Source: Novakomyces olei
Lineage: Eukaryota
Assembly (NCBI GenBank): GCA_016906335.1
Contig: JADEYG010000007.1
Span: 2,046,001-2,110,000 of the forward strand
Length of the DNA: 64,000 bases
Direction: 5' to 3'
Shown here piece after piece: positions 13,184-27,600 of the stretch (position 1 is its first letter; every line of letters starts with the position of its first letter). Both the position numbers and the translations under genes were made by a program. The notes beneath the pieces are model-generated. The model was not told the DNA's origin. It did no database searches and saw nothing but the letters and a program-made list of their open reading frames with translations.

Positions 13184-14057
13184 ATGGCACAAAGTAGGAA
13201 GATTTAATCACTCTAAATGCAATTTACTAACGTCACATAAAGCTGAAGCAGTCAAGTCTAGTTTCAGGCCGATCGTTGTCTCAGGGCCGTCTGGTAAAGA
13301 TTTTTGACTTGTCTTCTCTTAAACTAATCTCGCAAAGGCGCCGGCAAATCTACTATATTAAAACGGCTGTTCGCAAATCATCCAAACACGTTTGGGTTTT
13401 CAATTTCGCGTAAGATCCCCAAACAGAAAGGAACCTAAAGACAAATTTGAATTAAAACAAATTAAATAAATTAAATCAGAATAAAATAAAATATAATAAT
13501 AATAAGGAAAGGAGGAAGAAATGGCCTTAAAAAATATGGAGAAGATTTTGTTTTTGTAATAGGACAGACCTTTAAACATCGGGTAAGAACTAATAACTCA
13601 AGACACGACACGGAATCCGCGTGAGGGTGAAGTTAAGGACGTACATTATCATTATGTTACCAAAGACGAGTTCAAGAAGCTTATAGATGAAGGCGCTTTT
13701 ATTGAATGGGCTCAATTTTCAAATAATTGTTACGGTACGACTATAAAGGCAGTCGAGGAAGTTTCACAGAAGGGACGCAAGTGTATACTCGATATCGATA
13801 TGCAGGGAGTGCAATCTGTCAAGAATACGAAATTGGATCCGAAATATCTTTTTATTGCGCCTCCGTCGTTTGATGAATTAGAGCGGAGGCTCCGTAGTCG
13901 TGGAACAGAGACGGAAGAATCTATTGCCTCGCGTTTAGAGCAGGCTAAAAAAGAGATGGCTTATGCCTCTGTTGCTGGAAATCATGACTTTGTCGTGATA
14001 AATGAGGATCTTGAACAGACATACAAGGATGTTGAAAAATTTTGTTTGGAGGATTAG
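13184..14057 (+). CDS. GUK1: Guanylate kinase; 4 exons
   Basis: Spliced [17 protein letters not shown]-loop, [33 protein letters not shown]. Confidence 0.96.
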
Positions 14058-14594
14058 CGCGTTAATCAGCAAAAATAAATGCTAAAGAACAATCAATAAA
14101 TAAAAGCAAAAACAAAGAACTGGCTCGTTAAGGGCATTTTCACTATACGGAGTCTATTTTTCCTTGCTGTCTTGTGGCGATGCATTTGTTGTTTGATTAT
14201 AGTTGGCTTAGAATTGAGTAATACATGTTCAAGAAAGCTTTGATATGTATCAAAGTACTTGTGGATTTTAGTTGATTTTGATTCCATAATTAGTGTGAGA
14301 TATTGAGTAGCTGCTACGTTATTCAGATGCACGTGTGGAAAGTAAGGTTCTGTCTAACGTACTTTCATACTGTGAAATTATGGTGAAACACTTTATATAA
14401 TACTGACATTTCTTCCCGGATTCGCAAGTCGGGGTGGCATGACGAAGGTTTATAAGCTGTTGAAACCGAAAGGCCAAGGCCTCTAGAGCTTCCATTATCT
14501 AAGCTCGCACCTGCCAGGCTTTTTACATTTCGTCGTATCAGCGATTACTTGATATTGAATTAGTCCACGTGTATTTTTGTCCGGCAAAAGTACT

Positions 14595-17500
14595 CTAGGA
14601 GGCTTCTTGATCGGCATCAGCAGCCAAATTTCGCTGCACAATAGTAAGAATAGATAGAATCCAGTTTTGCAGATTACAATCCCGCAAAAAGCCTTCTAAT
14701 TTTGATCGTTCTGAGTTCAGAGTTGCCAGTATAGACTTTTGTTCGGTCCGTGTATATCCAGCGTAATGAGAATCAGCAAACGCGTCAAAATTGCCTGCCA
14801 AAGCTGCCTCGTCAGGCATTACAAGGCTGACTGCACTGAAAATATCTTTAAGTTTGTTAGAGTCTATTGCTTATAGGTAAAACTTACTTCTCGCATACGC
14901 TTCGCTAACAGTCTTGTAAAATACTGTTTCTTGTAGTTTCTGCTGGACTTGAGCATCGCTTCTTGCGGCAGTATTATTAATATTGGGCCAGCTAGTGTGA
15001 TTGTTAGTACCACAAATTCAAAACGATATTTCGTCTTTATTGTTTTATTATTCATTTACTTATTATTCATTTTTCCTTGGTTTCTCTTATTTTCGCTTCG
15101 TTTTTCTGTGAAACATACTCATCGACGAGATAAAGTCTCCGAAAGATCGAAAATGCGTAGAAAGCCTCGTCGTCTAGGCTTAAACGATACGCGCTTCTCT
15201 GTCCTACCCCCGAATTTGCCTTGTTCAGAGCGAGTACTTGTAGAGCTTGTGTAAAATCAAATACGCCCTGGTCCAGCAGCCCCGAACTACTGTGGCTTTT
15301 CAATGTAACAAGATCAATAAACTCTGCGCTTGTCATTCGTTGATTAAGTAGCAGTTTCCTCAAGTACTTTTTGACCAAAACTGCCGAGCCCTGAGCAGCA
15401 GAGCTGTCGTTTGTCCAGAGCCTAGCTGCACTTGATAAAGCAGCATCGCCCGTAGCGTCGCCAAGGCCCAGAGACTCGGTCAGGTCGTCATGAAGCAGCT
15501 TTTGCATTTGCAGAACGCTCAGCTCACTGTCAATTGATGGAAGCTCAAACGGCCCACGATCCGTACTCGCCGCCTGGGCTTGCAGCTTGCTGGAAGGTTC
15601 GGCCAAAACACACAATTTAGCGATACTGAGCTCAATGCTGGCCTTTTGCAAGTTGCGATCCTTCTCGCTCGCCATCGAGTACAGAGTGCCTTCAGCAGAA
15701 GACAAGTCAAATAGTCGGATATCATGTATCCACGACAAATTCGGCCGCGGATTCTCTCGGAAGTATTCCGATAAAAGGTTTCCTTGCTGCGGGAGATCTG
15801 TAAGGAGCTCTCGAGTGTAGCCTACACGTTAGCACGCCAAAAGAAAAATAAGCCTAAATAGCTTACCATTCAGAATCATGTAGTGGTACAAATCAAAGGC
15901 AAAATCTTTGCCGTACTTGTCAAGAAGCGCTTTTATACGGGCAAAGTAAACTGTCTTCTGACCAGTAGCCCTTCTCTCTTCAAAAATAAGCATCACCAGA
16001 GTAGCAAAGTCCAAAAACTCTTCAGCCATAGCGAATGCTTCTTGGATTTTGCCATTCTGAGCCAATGAAAGCACCCACGTCCGGCGCAGTAGCGGGTACC
16101 GATCCCTTAAATCGGCAGCCTCGTCCCGATAAGCAGACTCGCGCTGAACATCGCACCAGTCTATCCGCTCCTGAAAGGCGGTACAGGCGGTATGCGTAAG
16201 TCCAGTCAGCTGAGCAGCTAAATCACCGTACACAGACTCTGGCGAATGGTTCTGGCCCTGAAACTCCAAGTGGGCCAAATCAAACACGGCCGTTCCGTTC
16301 CGTAGTTCATGAAGCACTTTTCGTGTCAATTCGTGCTGGTCCTTAAGGCTACGCAGTATTTCAATACTGCTCGTCCACAGTGAAACATCGTCTTGGAAGA
16401 GCTGTGTCCTTGTGAGGCCATAAAGTGCCATACTTTCCTGGCGAAAAGACTGAGCTGCTCCGAGAATACAAAGGACCAGCTTATTACCTTCCACTACGGC
16501 CTGCAGTAAATTTGAAGCATCAGAGGTTTTACCTGAAGATTTGCTGGCCAATTCTAGAGCAACAGCATGTGCTCTGCTTATAAGTGACCCGATGCCTTGA
16601 GCACCGTGCCGGAACCATTGCCGGACAGGATCAAGGGCTCCGTTGCTATCGGGATCAGGGTTTTGCAGAGACTTTAAATGCTCACCGGCAAATAGCTCTA
16701 CCGCTCTTATTATTACACTTTTTGAAAAAGCATTCACACTAGCATTTCCAGTCTGTTTACTGGCAGAGGCCAACTCGAAATCCAGGCTCTTCCAGCACTG
16801 GACAGACGCAGCTGCCTTCTCTGCTTGCATCAAAAGCTCAAGCCGGGTAAAAGTATTCAGAAACTTGAATGAAGCCCTGATCCCCACCGCCAATCGCTGT
16901 AAAGCTTCAAGACGAAACTGTAGAAACTCCATCATTGAAATGAAATGCTTTCTAGAAAAAACTAGTGGGCAGTGTCCGCTCAATATTTGCTGACTCACGA
17001 CCATTTCTGCTTTCTCCGACGCTACAGGCGGACACGGAATATCGGGGCTTAGAGAAAAAGTGAGGGGAGAAGAAGAAGCCGGGTCCGCGGACGAGTAAAC
17101 CACGTACTCGTAGGCTTTATTTTGAAGAGCCAAATCCAGAGACTGAGGCTCAGACAGAGCTGTATTATGGCTATTATTACTCCCAGAACTGAACGATACT
17201 CGTACCACTCCAGCGTCTCTGGAGCAGAGAAGTAAATCTTGTCCAGAATGCGACTCAAGCCCGGACGCTAAAATGCTAGAGCCCTTATCAAAACGTATGA
17301 TATTTTCATAGTTCCACGTACTCTGACCGTCTATAGGCAGCTGTACAATGAGGACGGCGTCAGAGAGAACAAGATTAGCGTATGGTTCGATGCAGACCAG
17401 CCTGCCTGCTTGGTCTGCCTCTCCCTGTTCATCTTCCCTGCCATTTTTGCTAGTGCCAGAGGGCCGAGCGTACCACGTAAAGGCATGAGCCATTGCCTGC

Positions 17501-18756
17501 TCAACACCCTCTTCGCTCAAAGTCAAGAGGGCTACAAAGTACCGTTTATAACCGGTCATATAGAATGAGCCGGCGACAAGGCAATAGCGGGTGTCTTGCA
17601 GGGGACAGCAGTCTATAAACTGTAGAGCCGAGGCGTCCAGACCTTCATTACAGTTATTTCTCAGTTGTAGAGACAGCTCTGTGGCCACAAGCTGCCTTAA
17701 ATCTGTTTCAAAAAAGACTCGTGGCCCCGCAGTCCTTGAAAGAAGCCAATAGCCCAGTGTGCCGCGCTTCGATAGAGTATAAACTTGGCGATCCAGGCGA
17801 CGAGAGACACTGGGACCTGCGCGAATACTGCAAATATCACGTCGACTAGTAGCGCCTCTAAATGTACTTGTAATACTATCAAAAATACCAGCAGAACCGG
17901 GAAACTGGTTCATTGCTGAGACACGGAACCCTGGTCTGCCATACTGATCACGTAAATGTACCTGATGTAATTTCCCTGACGAAGTTGCAACCACTAATCC
18001 CGCTGGTTCTGCCATTTCCACGCACGTAACGACTTCGTGCGCGGCCAGAGAGATTCTCGTATCAAAACTGCGCGGAGGCAATACACTGGGAACAGCAGCT
18101 GCCACAGAATCCCAAAAGGCAACAATGCCGCTAGTCGGCATTACCACTACTACACCGGGACTTTGTGAGCCGGCATTGGGCGCTGTAAGCCGGGCAAGTG
18201 GGACTACCGGGACATTAAACACCGATGACTCTGGGCCACGTGGTAAAGATAAAGATAGTGCTGAAGGCTCTGTCTGAACTGCGCCCGGACGGTAACCGAA
18301 TATGTGCACTGACGCATCAGAAACCAATACTATATGGAAAGTAGTCGGGTCAATGCTGCCGGAAAATACATAATCTATCAAAATTTAGTACTCATCACCT
18401 GGTATTCTTAAATGATTTGTATCGGTTGCTCATTGTTAAGTTTTGTTTTTTTTTAATTGATTCTTCTTCTTCTTGAATTTGCCATCCTTGCTCGGCTTAA
18501 AACATTTTTGCTCATATCCACTCATACCTGATCGCACTGGTTTTCCAAGTCGCAAAAACGCGGGACGAACACTGTATTCTTGCGTTTGTGTATAAACCTC
18601 GTGCAAAAGCCGATCGTTTGCTACTACTGACGATTGAATTGAGGGCGTTCTTTGGTGGGCAAAAGTCCGCGAGGCCATGCGCTTGTGGCCATTAAGCTGA
18701 GAGCTCGGCTGCCGCGCGTGAGAATGCTTGCGTCGGCTCTCGTCTGGTCGAAGCAT
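14595..18756 (-). CDS. NUP133: Nucleoporin Nup133 family; multi-exon
   Basis: Large N-terminal beta-propeller (GVVVVMPTSGIVAFWDSV, EPAGLVVATSSG), helical region (AFAMAEEFLDFATLV, SWIHDI, SIAKL); length and layout fit Nup133. Confidence 0.85.
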
Positions 18757-18784
18757 CTCAAATTGTCTGGTGCATTTTAACGAT

Positions 18785-18937
18785 TTATTTATTGTATTTA
18801 TTGTATTTATTGTATTTATTGTATTTATTGTATTTATTGTATTTATTGTATTTATTGTATTTATTGTATTTATTGTATTTATTGTATTTATTGTATTTAT
18901 TGTATTTATTGTATTTATTGTATTTATTGTATTTATT
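18785..18937. repeat. 9-bp tandem repeat (TATTTATTG)n, about 16-17 copies
   Basis: Seen directly, between the NUP133 and CEX1 starts. Confidence 0.97.
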
Positions 18938-19046
18938 TTACCGTTCTTCAATTGCTGCAGATCAATCACAATGACCTCTGGCAAAGGCTGAGCATTTACT
19001 GCATTAGACAAATAAAAGGGCATCAATTCAACTCAGTTCATTGAAG

Positions 19047-21487
19047 ATGGATCTGCTTAAATCTGCAGCCGCTCTTCTTTCGAATCGCTCCCAATTCCCT
19101 TACACGTACGGCAACGTCGCGACTTATTCGCCGCCCGATTCAATATGGGCCATATACGACGCGCAATCTCTGGTAAACTGCCCAAACTCTTTGCCACCCT
19201 TTTGATTTTTTCAATTTTTGGATATTCTTTTGTTCGATTATATGCAACTCAGTCTAATTGCATCAGGACGGTGAAGCTTGCTCTGTATGGATCTTTGATG
19301 CTCGCAAGAATGCAAACAGACGAGCTTTAGCTCGTAATGCTGTACAAGGGCTGCGTGCTCTGAGGCATCCTGGTATAATACGATTTTTAAGCAGCCATGA
19401 AACGGACGCAGCCACGTATATGGCGACCGAGCGAGTTTCACCCTTAGAACACCATCTATCAGAGTACACTGCGGAGACAAAGCTATGGGGACTTTATGGC
19501 ATCGGCACCACACTTTCATTCTTGTCTACTGATGCTCAAGTCTTTCATGGTCTAGTGGCACTTTCTAGCATTTTTGTTGGAGATACGGGAGAATGGAAAT
19601 TGGGCAGTATGGAGCTCTGCACCCGGCTTAGTACCGGAGATTATACAGTACTAAACTATGGAGGTCTTTTAATTCAATACAAAAAATATTGGCCTCCTGA
19701 GGCAGCGAGCATCGGCTTAGAGGCGGCTGTACGTAAGTCTGGTGGCGCTGCAATAGACGCGTACATGTATGGAGAATTGATTTGGGAAGTCTTTAATGGG
19801 CCTTTACTCGATCAAAATGCTCTGGCTCAGAGAAAATCAATACCGGCCAATGTTTTTGCCTTGTTCAAACGACTCGTACAAAAAGATCATCGCTTAAAAA
19901 TAGCAGACTTTATTGAGGGCAGTTTTTTCAAGCTTCCACTGATCGTATTGTCCCGACAAATCCAGCATTTACCAGCACAAAGCTCGGCTGAGAGAGCAGA
20001 GTTTTTCCGAGCTTTGGAGACTAACATTACAAAATTTCCCGACGCTTACTTGCAAAAACGAGTGCTTCCAGAGCTGGTAAAGTGCTTCGAATATGGAGGA
20101 GGAGGTAGCAAATGCCTACAATTAATATTAGACCTTGTTCGACGGACGAGTCAGCAGAATGGCAGTATTGCTAAAGTAGATGAAATGCTGTTGCGCGCAT
20201 TTACCAGTCAGGATCGGGAAATGAGAGCCTGCTTGTTGGAGAATATGGCGGGTATTACAGAAGTTTTACCAGAAAAGCCGATCAATGACAAGATTTTTCC
20301 TCAATTTGTACTCGGTCTTTCCGATGCAATGCCGTTAATTAGGGAGCTTACAGTTCGGGCTGTTCATCCAATTGCCCCAAAACTGAACACGCGCAATTTG
20401 AATAATGAGCTGCTTAAACATATGGCACGTACACAGAACGACTCGTTACCAGGAATACGTACAAACACCACTATCTGTTTGGGCAAAATTGCACGAATTT
20501 TGAGTGAAAATACGCGTAAAAAGGTTCTTGTTGCTGCATTCACGAAATCTTTACGCGATCCTTTTGCACCTGCTCGTCATGCTGCCTTGTTGGCCATTCA
20601 GGCAACGGCAGAAGTTACTGATGAATCGGATATCGCTCAGAGGATTTTACCCGCCTTGAGTCCGCTTCTCATTGACGGGCAATCGTAAGTTGATGTGATA
20701 AGATTTTGAAATTTTAAAGATTAACGAAGAATGAAAAGAGAAAAGAAATTTATTATTGTTTCTTTTCTTGCTTTTTTTTTAGTAATCCTTTTTATTGTGG
20801 CTATTTATTTTTCTTAACTTTGATTTTAAGAGTAATCTATTTAACGCTCGAACTCTTGTTCTGTTTTTTAATTTTGTCCATTCTGTTATTCTATTCATAC
20901 TAACTGCTAGACTCATGCGAGATCAAGCAAAGCGCACTTTGAATACTTGTCTAGAACGAGTATACGCATTTACAGCCCGCATGCCACGAGACGAGAATGG
21001 GTCTTCAGCCACTATTGAGTCGGCAGCCGCTGCTACTTCTGCTAACACAAAAGCCGGTGTCTTTATGGGCTGGGCTTCTAGTGCGTTGTCAACAGCGGCT
21101 TTCAGTGCAACAGCAGTTCAAGACGAAGTTAAACGGCCTGCATCAACACCGGCTGCGAATGCGGTATCATCAAACACTAGCAAAGAAGCAGTCTCAGCTG
21201 GATCAGAAGCACCGATCAAGAATTTAGAGACTAAATTTAAAGGCCAACTAAGTATAGAACGGCCTCACAGCGAAACGAATATCAGGCCAATTGGGCGGCC
21301 ATTGCCAAACGTTTCTGCCGTACAAAATGAGAGTAACAGCATCGATGAGGATGAGGATGACTTTGCTGCGTGGCAAGAGTCGGAATGGGGAGAGGATACC
21401 CAAGTTGTGTCTGCAACAGAGCCAACGACAAAGTTCCAAGTCAAACAAGAAGAAGATACTGAGGATGCATGGAACGATAATTGGTAG
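19047..21487 (+). CDS. CEX1: SCY1-like pseudokinase with HEAT repeats (Cex1/SCYL1)
   Basis: LRALRHPGIIRFL, degenerate catalytic loop FHGLVALSSIFV..GEWKLG, IRTNTTICLGKIA, acidic W-rich tail. Confidence 0.9.
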
Positions 21488-21831
21488 TAGTGAAGTTTAT
21501 TGAGGCACCATTTGGTATGCATAGTGCCCTACTTTACTGTTCCAGAACACCATTCTCGTTCCCGTCGTGCACTTGGTGATATAATATTTATACATATTTG
21601 TGCATATAGTGCAATGAGAATTAGCCGTCAAGGCATAGTTGATATACACAGAGCTCTGTCTAGTAGAATGCAATTGATGACTGTAGATTTTGGTGGTAAA
21701 GACGATTTTGATAGTGGATAATTGTGCTGGACAAGACACCGACTAGATCTATCCTTGGCGAATCAACACGTACAACACCGCGTATATGTACAGTTTTAGC
21801 GGCGAAGACTTTTCAAATAACAATTGTCGTA

Positions 21832-22231
21832 TCAAGGATTCGCACTGACTCGTACTAGCGTGTCCGGTCGAGGCGATTTGGCTTCCTGGCCATTAGAAGC
21901 TGGGCGTTAGCTTAATATACTGCAGATCCTGAGTCTTACAAAGGTTGATGGCAGAAAACACGTGTTGCCAGTTTGTCAAAACTTCAACGACAGCTAAATA
22001 CGCGTTAGGCTCTTATCAAAACTTGCATGTACCCTGAGTCCCGTCGGAAAGCGTGTTCAGACGCGTCTCTAATTGTTCCATTTGCTGTGCCAAAGTGGAA
22101 GACATATCGCGTAATCTGCAGAGCGAATCTAATTCTTTTTGTTTCTCATCAATGCGCGTACGGATTGCATCGAGACCGCTTGCGCTCGGCGCTGCGCCGC
22201 TCAGCGACGCGAATGATTTGCGTGGGTACAT
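21832..22231 (-). CDS. DAD2: DASH/Dam1 complex subunit Dad2; 3 exons
   Basis: RIDEKQKELDSLCRLRDMS..LNTLSDGTQ/AVVEVLTNWQHVFSAINL/..PDTLVR. Confidence 0.88.
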
Positions 22232-22264
22232 TGGATGATTGCTCGATGGCAACGGCAATAAAAG

Positions 22265-22469
<205 letters not shown>

Positions 22470-22686
22470 TCTACTGTACAATTACTTGAAAATCGCTACT
22501 TGTCGGTCACTCTAAACTGGCATTATATGCGCTCAATTGCGCTCTTGTTGTCCATATAAACAAAAGGCCTCCACACTGGACTGAAGCGATCGCAATTGAT
22601 ATTGCGGCCTTTAGATTAACACTTGTTTGTGCGCGTGCAGCGAATAAGCAGTTGCTTTGCGCTGCTTCTGTCTAAAGTGCTGCGCA

Positions 22687-24302
22687 ATGTCCTTGGGCGA
22701 CGGGTCGGACACGTCTATTGATCTGTGTATGACTGAACTTTTGAATAAACACTAGTACCCTAATCACTAATGATCTATGCAGTTCGTCGCCGGCATCTAC
22801 GGCAGAATCGTGAAATTGTGAGGTGAGACTGGATTGAAGCTGCTGCAAACGGAAATTATCAAATAAAACGAATCTAGGGAAAAGAAGTTGGAAATCAAAT
22901 AATAAAAGAATCAAATGAACAATAACTGACCAGTTTAGAGTAAACGCTTTACAAGCCGGTCGTATACAACAGCTTGAAGATGATCTGCGAGGATTACGGT
23001 CTGACTGTATCGAATTGCGCCACGAGAATATGCGGTTGCGGGCTCTAACAAGGGAACCGGGTTCTCTTAATCTAAGAGACCGGGATCTGGCTCAGTGGAA
23101 GGAGACAATGCATGAGCGTCTCGGAGAGGTTACAAGGCTCGTGGAGAGTTTGGGCAAAGGGCCTACAGTGTTTCCTTCAACGGAAAGTTTAATGGAGTCT
23201 GTGATTGCAGATTCTCGAGAACAAATGCAAAGTGCGGATACGATGGATAAAAATACATTCAGTACAGACCTTGCGGCAACTGAGAGTCGCAGTATCAGAA
23301 GCGATGACAAAATCAAGAGCACCACGATTGGCAAAATTCAACATTATAGTAGCGATGCTGCTGGTGCTGTTATTTGGGATACAAATGGTAATGATACTGT
23401 AGAAACAACAGCAAAGGACTCTGTTGAGCTATTTGCGAATTCTCAAAGCATACCGGACAATGAAACGGTGAAAGAGCTGAGGCCAGCTTCACTCTTAGCA
23501 CAACAGGAACCCGCAGGCGAGTCCAAAGGCTCAGAGTCAGATCGGGCTTATGATGCTCATGTATCGCTGAGGAAACGGCGGAAAAGTTCTATGCGTACAG
23601 ATATGGGGATACGGATAGAGAGGGATTCGTTGCATGGTAAACTGCAATCTGATGAAGCTGTTTCGCCTGCTCCAATAAGAACAGAGCAAAATGTTGCACA
23701 TCAAACAGCTGAATCATTCACTTTATCCGATAATTTATCACCACCACGGCATCGTCAAGGCCGATTGGGCCATCAGCGAGACCATGAAAGAATACCACTC
23801 TCTGAAAGTAAGATTTTTGACATGTCTAATTATTCTTTCTTTCTTTATTAACCAATTAGAAACGGCACAGCAAAATCTAGTACAAGAAGACGTTTTTGCA
23901 AAAGTAAAGCAAGAACCAATGAGTCCTAAATTAGACGATTTAAAAGAGCATGAAGTGTCTTCGCGTAGCCGACGAAGCCGTGGAGCACCGGTCAGCTATG
24001 CTTTGCCCAAGCTAAATACTAAAATGCGTAGCGATTTAGTGAAACAGCCTTCGCATAGACGGAAAAGAAACCCAAGGCACTCTGATGCACAAATGTCAGA
24101 TTCAGCAATAGCCGCAGTTGAGGCTATCGAGATTGACGATCATGAAAGCTTCGATCAATCGTCGGCTTCGGTTCAAAGCAGCAATTCTACTGGTGATAAG
24201 GACGGGAGTCGAAGGTCAGAAAGTGATTTTATTGCAAAGAGTCAAGAATCTGACCTGCTCGGGCCGGGCAGGGCAGTTCTTGCGTCTGGGAGACGCCGTT
24301 AA
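22687..24302 (+). CDS. Shugoshin; 4 exons
   Basis: N-terminal coiled coil FRRRHLRQNREIV/RVNALQAGRIQQLE and SGO motif RSRRSRGAPVSYALPKLNTKMR. Confidence 0.88.
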
Positions 24303-24606
24303 GTGTAGATTGAATGATTTAGAGCGAGCAGGGAAGGGTTTTTAGTAAATTAAAATAACATGTTGCATGACTTTGACTAATTACAGATTCTGTAGTGCAT
24401 TTATAATTGATTTTCAAGTGGATGCCATACACTTTTCTATTATGCCCTCAAAAAATGGAAAAGTTTTGCAGTTAACGATTGAGAAACAACCGCAAAATGT
24501 GTATCTTTTCAACGACATATAAAGTTAATTATAGTAACTAATATAATTTTATCTGATTTACTTTAATGAATCAATCTCAAAAAAGACGAGCTACTCGTCA
24601 AAACCA

Positions 24607-27600
24607 TTACTCGTTTTTCTCCGCTTCAAAATTATCTATCGTTTCATTTGCGGGAGACACAGACTCGAAAGGCGTCTCAAATTGAGCTGGACTTTCTTCT
24701 CCCCGCGCCTCTTCCTCGCTGGTCTGAGCGTCTTGGAAACTGGTCTCTGAAGCCTCTTTTGAATCTTCGTTTTCTTTTGTAATTAGAGATACAGGCTCCG
24801 AATCTCCAATGGCCGAGCCAGATCGGCTGTCATTCTCTTGAACTGACTCTGCCCGACTAGAAATAGGTCTGGTCGCCTCGTCTCGATTTTCGTCAGGGTC
24901 GTTGCCTTTGATTTCATCCTTATTTTCCACATTTTCTTGGGCATTTTCCGCATTATCCTCGCCCACACCTTCATTATTTACCCTCGCCTGTTTACTGTCT
25001 GGCTGGTAGCTCTCCTTCCTCAACCTCTCCTCTTTAATCTTTCGTTGCCTCTCAATTTCATCAATCCCTCCCGCTTTTCGCAGCTTGCTCTCCCCTACAA
25101 AAGATCCTAATTCCTGCTCGAATTCGCTATTCAGTCGGGCTTTTGCCTGCTTGCTTCTGACGCGCTCTGCCTTGTCGATAGCCTGCACCCGGCTCTCGTG
25201 GTCCGGGTTCAGTCCACGGATCTCTGTGTGCAGCAGCTCGCGGATGACTTTAGGGTTATTAACCCCAGAATCTGTCCCATTTTCGACGGCTGGCCGGGGA
25301 GGCTTGTACTCCCGTTTAGCCTGCTGCCGCGTTTGAAACTCAATCACTGCTTGAACATTATCAAGCACAGAAATAGCTGCGCTCCAGTCCTTTTGGTAGT
25401 CTTCTATCAATCCAGTATTCTGTGACAGCGTATTTTGCTCTTGCACAATACGATCCAGCTCTGTTTCCCATAGCTTTTGCCACAAGGGCCCTGCCTTGCG
25501 AATATGCTCATTCAGATCGGCTATTGATTGCTTTAGAGTAGCTGCCTCACTACGAATCATATCCAAAGTACGTTGCGCAGGTCTTACTTTTCTCTGAAGC
25601 ACATCTTCGCGCAATCCTTCAACAGTATCACTCAGCTCTGTCATGCTCTCCGCAATACTGCCCATATCCAGCTCTAACTTGCTCTTGGCCGTCTCCACAA
25701 AGGCTCTGGCTTCAGATGGCTTAGCCTCTGCTGCCGATCGCAACTGTGCACATTGCTGTAAGACTGCACTGAGCTCACCCGCAACCGATCCCGTCATTGT
25801 CTCTGCTGACTGACGCAAGACTCGAAGCTGATGACGCAGATTTTGTACCTGTCTGTTTTGCTCGTCACAGCGTTGTACCAGCGCCTTGTAATACGCGTCT
25901 GGTATTGTAGGGGTATTATTATCATTATTATTAGTATTATTAGGATTATTTTTAGTATCATTATTATTAAGATTCTCCGGCGGTTGTTCAGTACTTTTTG
26001 CGCTGGTTGTGTTTGCTGGCAAGGACGTTTCAGATCCAGACACTCTGCCGTCCTTTGGCCCATTCTCTTTCTCTTCTCTCTCTTTGTCTGTTTCTTTTTC
26101 TTCTGCCGTCTTTTTGTCAATTGGTGCCCTTCTGAAAGAATCATCAGAACCCTGGTCACGGCTAGACTGTACCAGTCTCGTCATTATAACTTTGAGCAGC
26201 TCACCGTGGCCTGTCAGCGTTTCACGGAGCTCTCTATATTCATCAGCAGGAGGCTGCTGATCATCACTTGTCCTAGAGCTGCCGCTTGACGATAGTATAA
26301 TCTTGGCTCCACTTGGAACTTGATCCAGAGAGTCTGGGCAATAGGCAAAAGTTGATTGAGGATCAAAGACCCGTAGACTGGATAAGTTTTCAATGTCCGC
26401 AAGGGGGAACTTTCCCCTTATTGCCGCTTTAATATCCTCACTTGTTATTGGTTGTTGATTTCGCTGAATAACTGCCTTTTTGACTATAGTTTCCCGTCCA
26501 ATTTGGCCTTGAACAAACAGCACAAAAGACGGTTTATGTCCAGTCGGAGCAGAAACAGACGGTTTTGAGGAAAGATGGCTCGCTCCACTCAAAGTACGCT
26601 GTGCCTTTGGCGGTGTAGCCGGTGCATTTGTCTGTGGTTCTTTGGACTTGCCTGCTATTGAATAAGCGTCCTCTTCTTTGGATCTGGCATTTCCTTCTCC
26701 TAATTTTTCTTCGTCTTGCTCTTGATCGTAGTCATCATTAAAAGAAGAAGAATGAGAAGGCATTTGTACACGGGTGCGTACATCTTCCACGCTGAGCCCT
26801 GGCCCATGAAGATCAGTGGGATTAGGGTCGCCTCCTAATTGCTGAAATGCTAAAGCAGAGTACCGTTTACTCGCTCGCCTTTCCAAGGCATCTCCGTCTT
26901 GTAAGGCCGCCATAGGGTCACGAAGAAAGGTTGGTTGAGAAGAAGGATGCCTTGGATTTGGTTGCTTATCCAAATCAGCCGGCTGTTGTTGTTGCTGGAA
27001 ATTTTGATTTGGCTGGTTTGCTGGTTTTGGGGGCATAGAGGATTGCTGAGCAAAGGAGGACGAAGACGAAGACGAAGATGGTGTGATTTGAGAGCGACTG
27101 TTTGCCTCTGCAAAGGTGGCATAGCGCGGTGAAAAGGAGTGCTCTCTTTGCTGTTGCCGCCGAATCGGCCTTTCCCCACTGCGGATTCTGTGCTGCACCT
27201 GTTTGCCTTTTAATCCTTGCAAAAGTTTGACGATCACGTCCCTTACACGGGGCAAGTACCGCTCCAAACTCAGTGGGGAGGGATCTTGCGATAACGTAAG
27301 CTCAAGGACGTGCCGCAAGTCATCGGGGATGGATTCCAAATCACTGGCGAATTAGTCAGGAAAGGCATAATTAGAGAGACAAACATGAGAGGCAATCATG
27401 AAAACCAAGATGGCAACTACAGTAATGAAAATAAAATAAAATAAAATAAAAGAGGCAACTCCGAAATGAATCAAATCAAATTCACGGCAATCAGACTAGA
27501 CAACTGTTTGAAGACAAGTAAATGTAATGTGTACAAAGGGCAAAAAGAAGCAAGGATACTGCTTACTGCATGTCAATGCCAACACGTATGAAAGCCTCTT

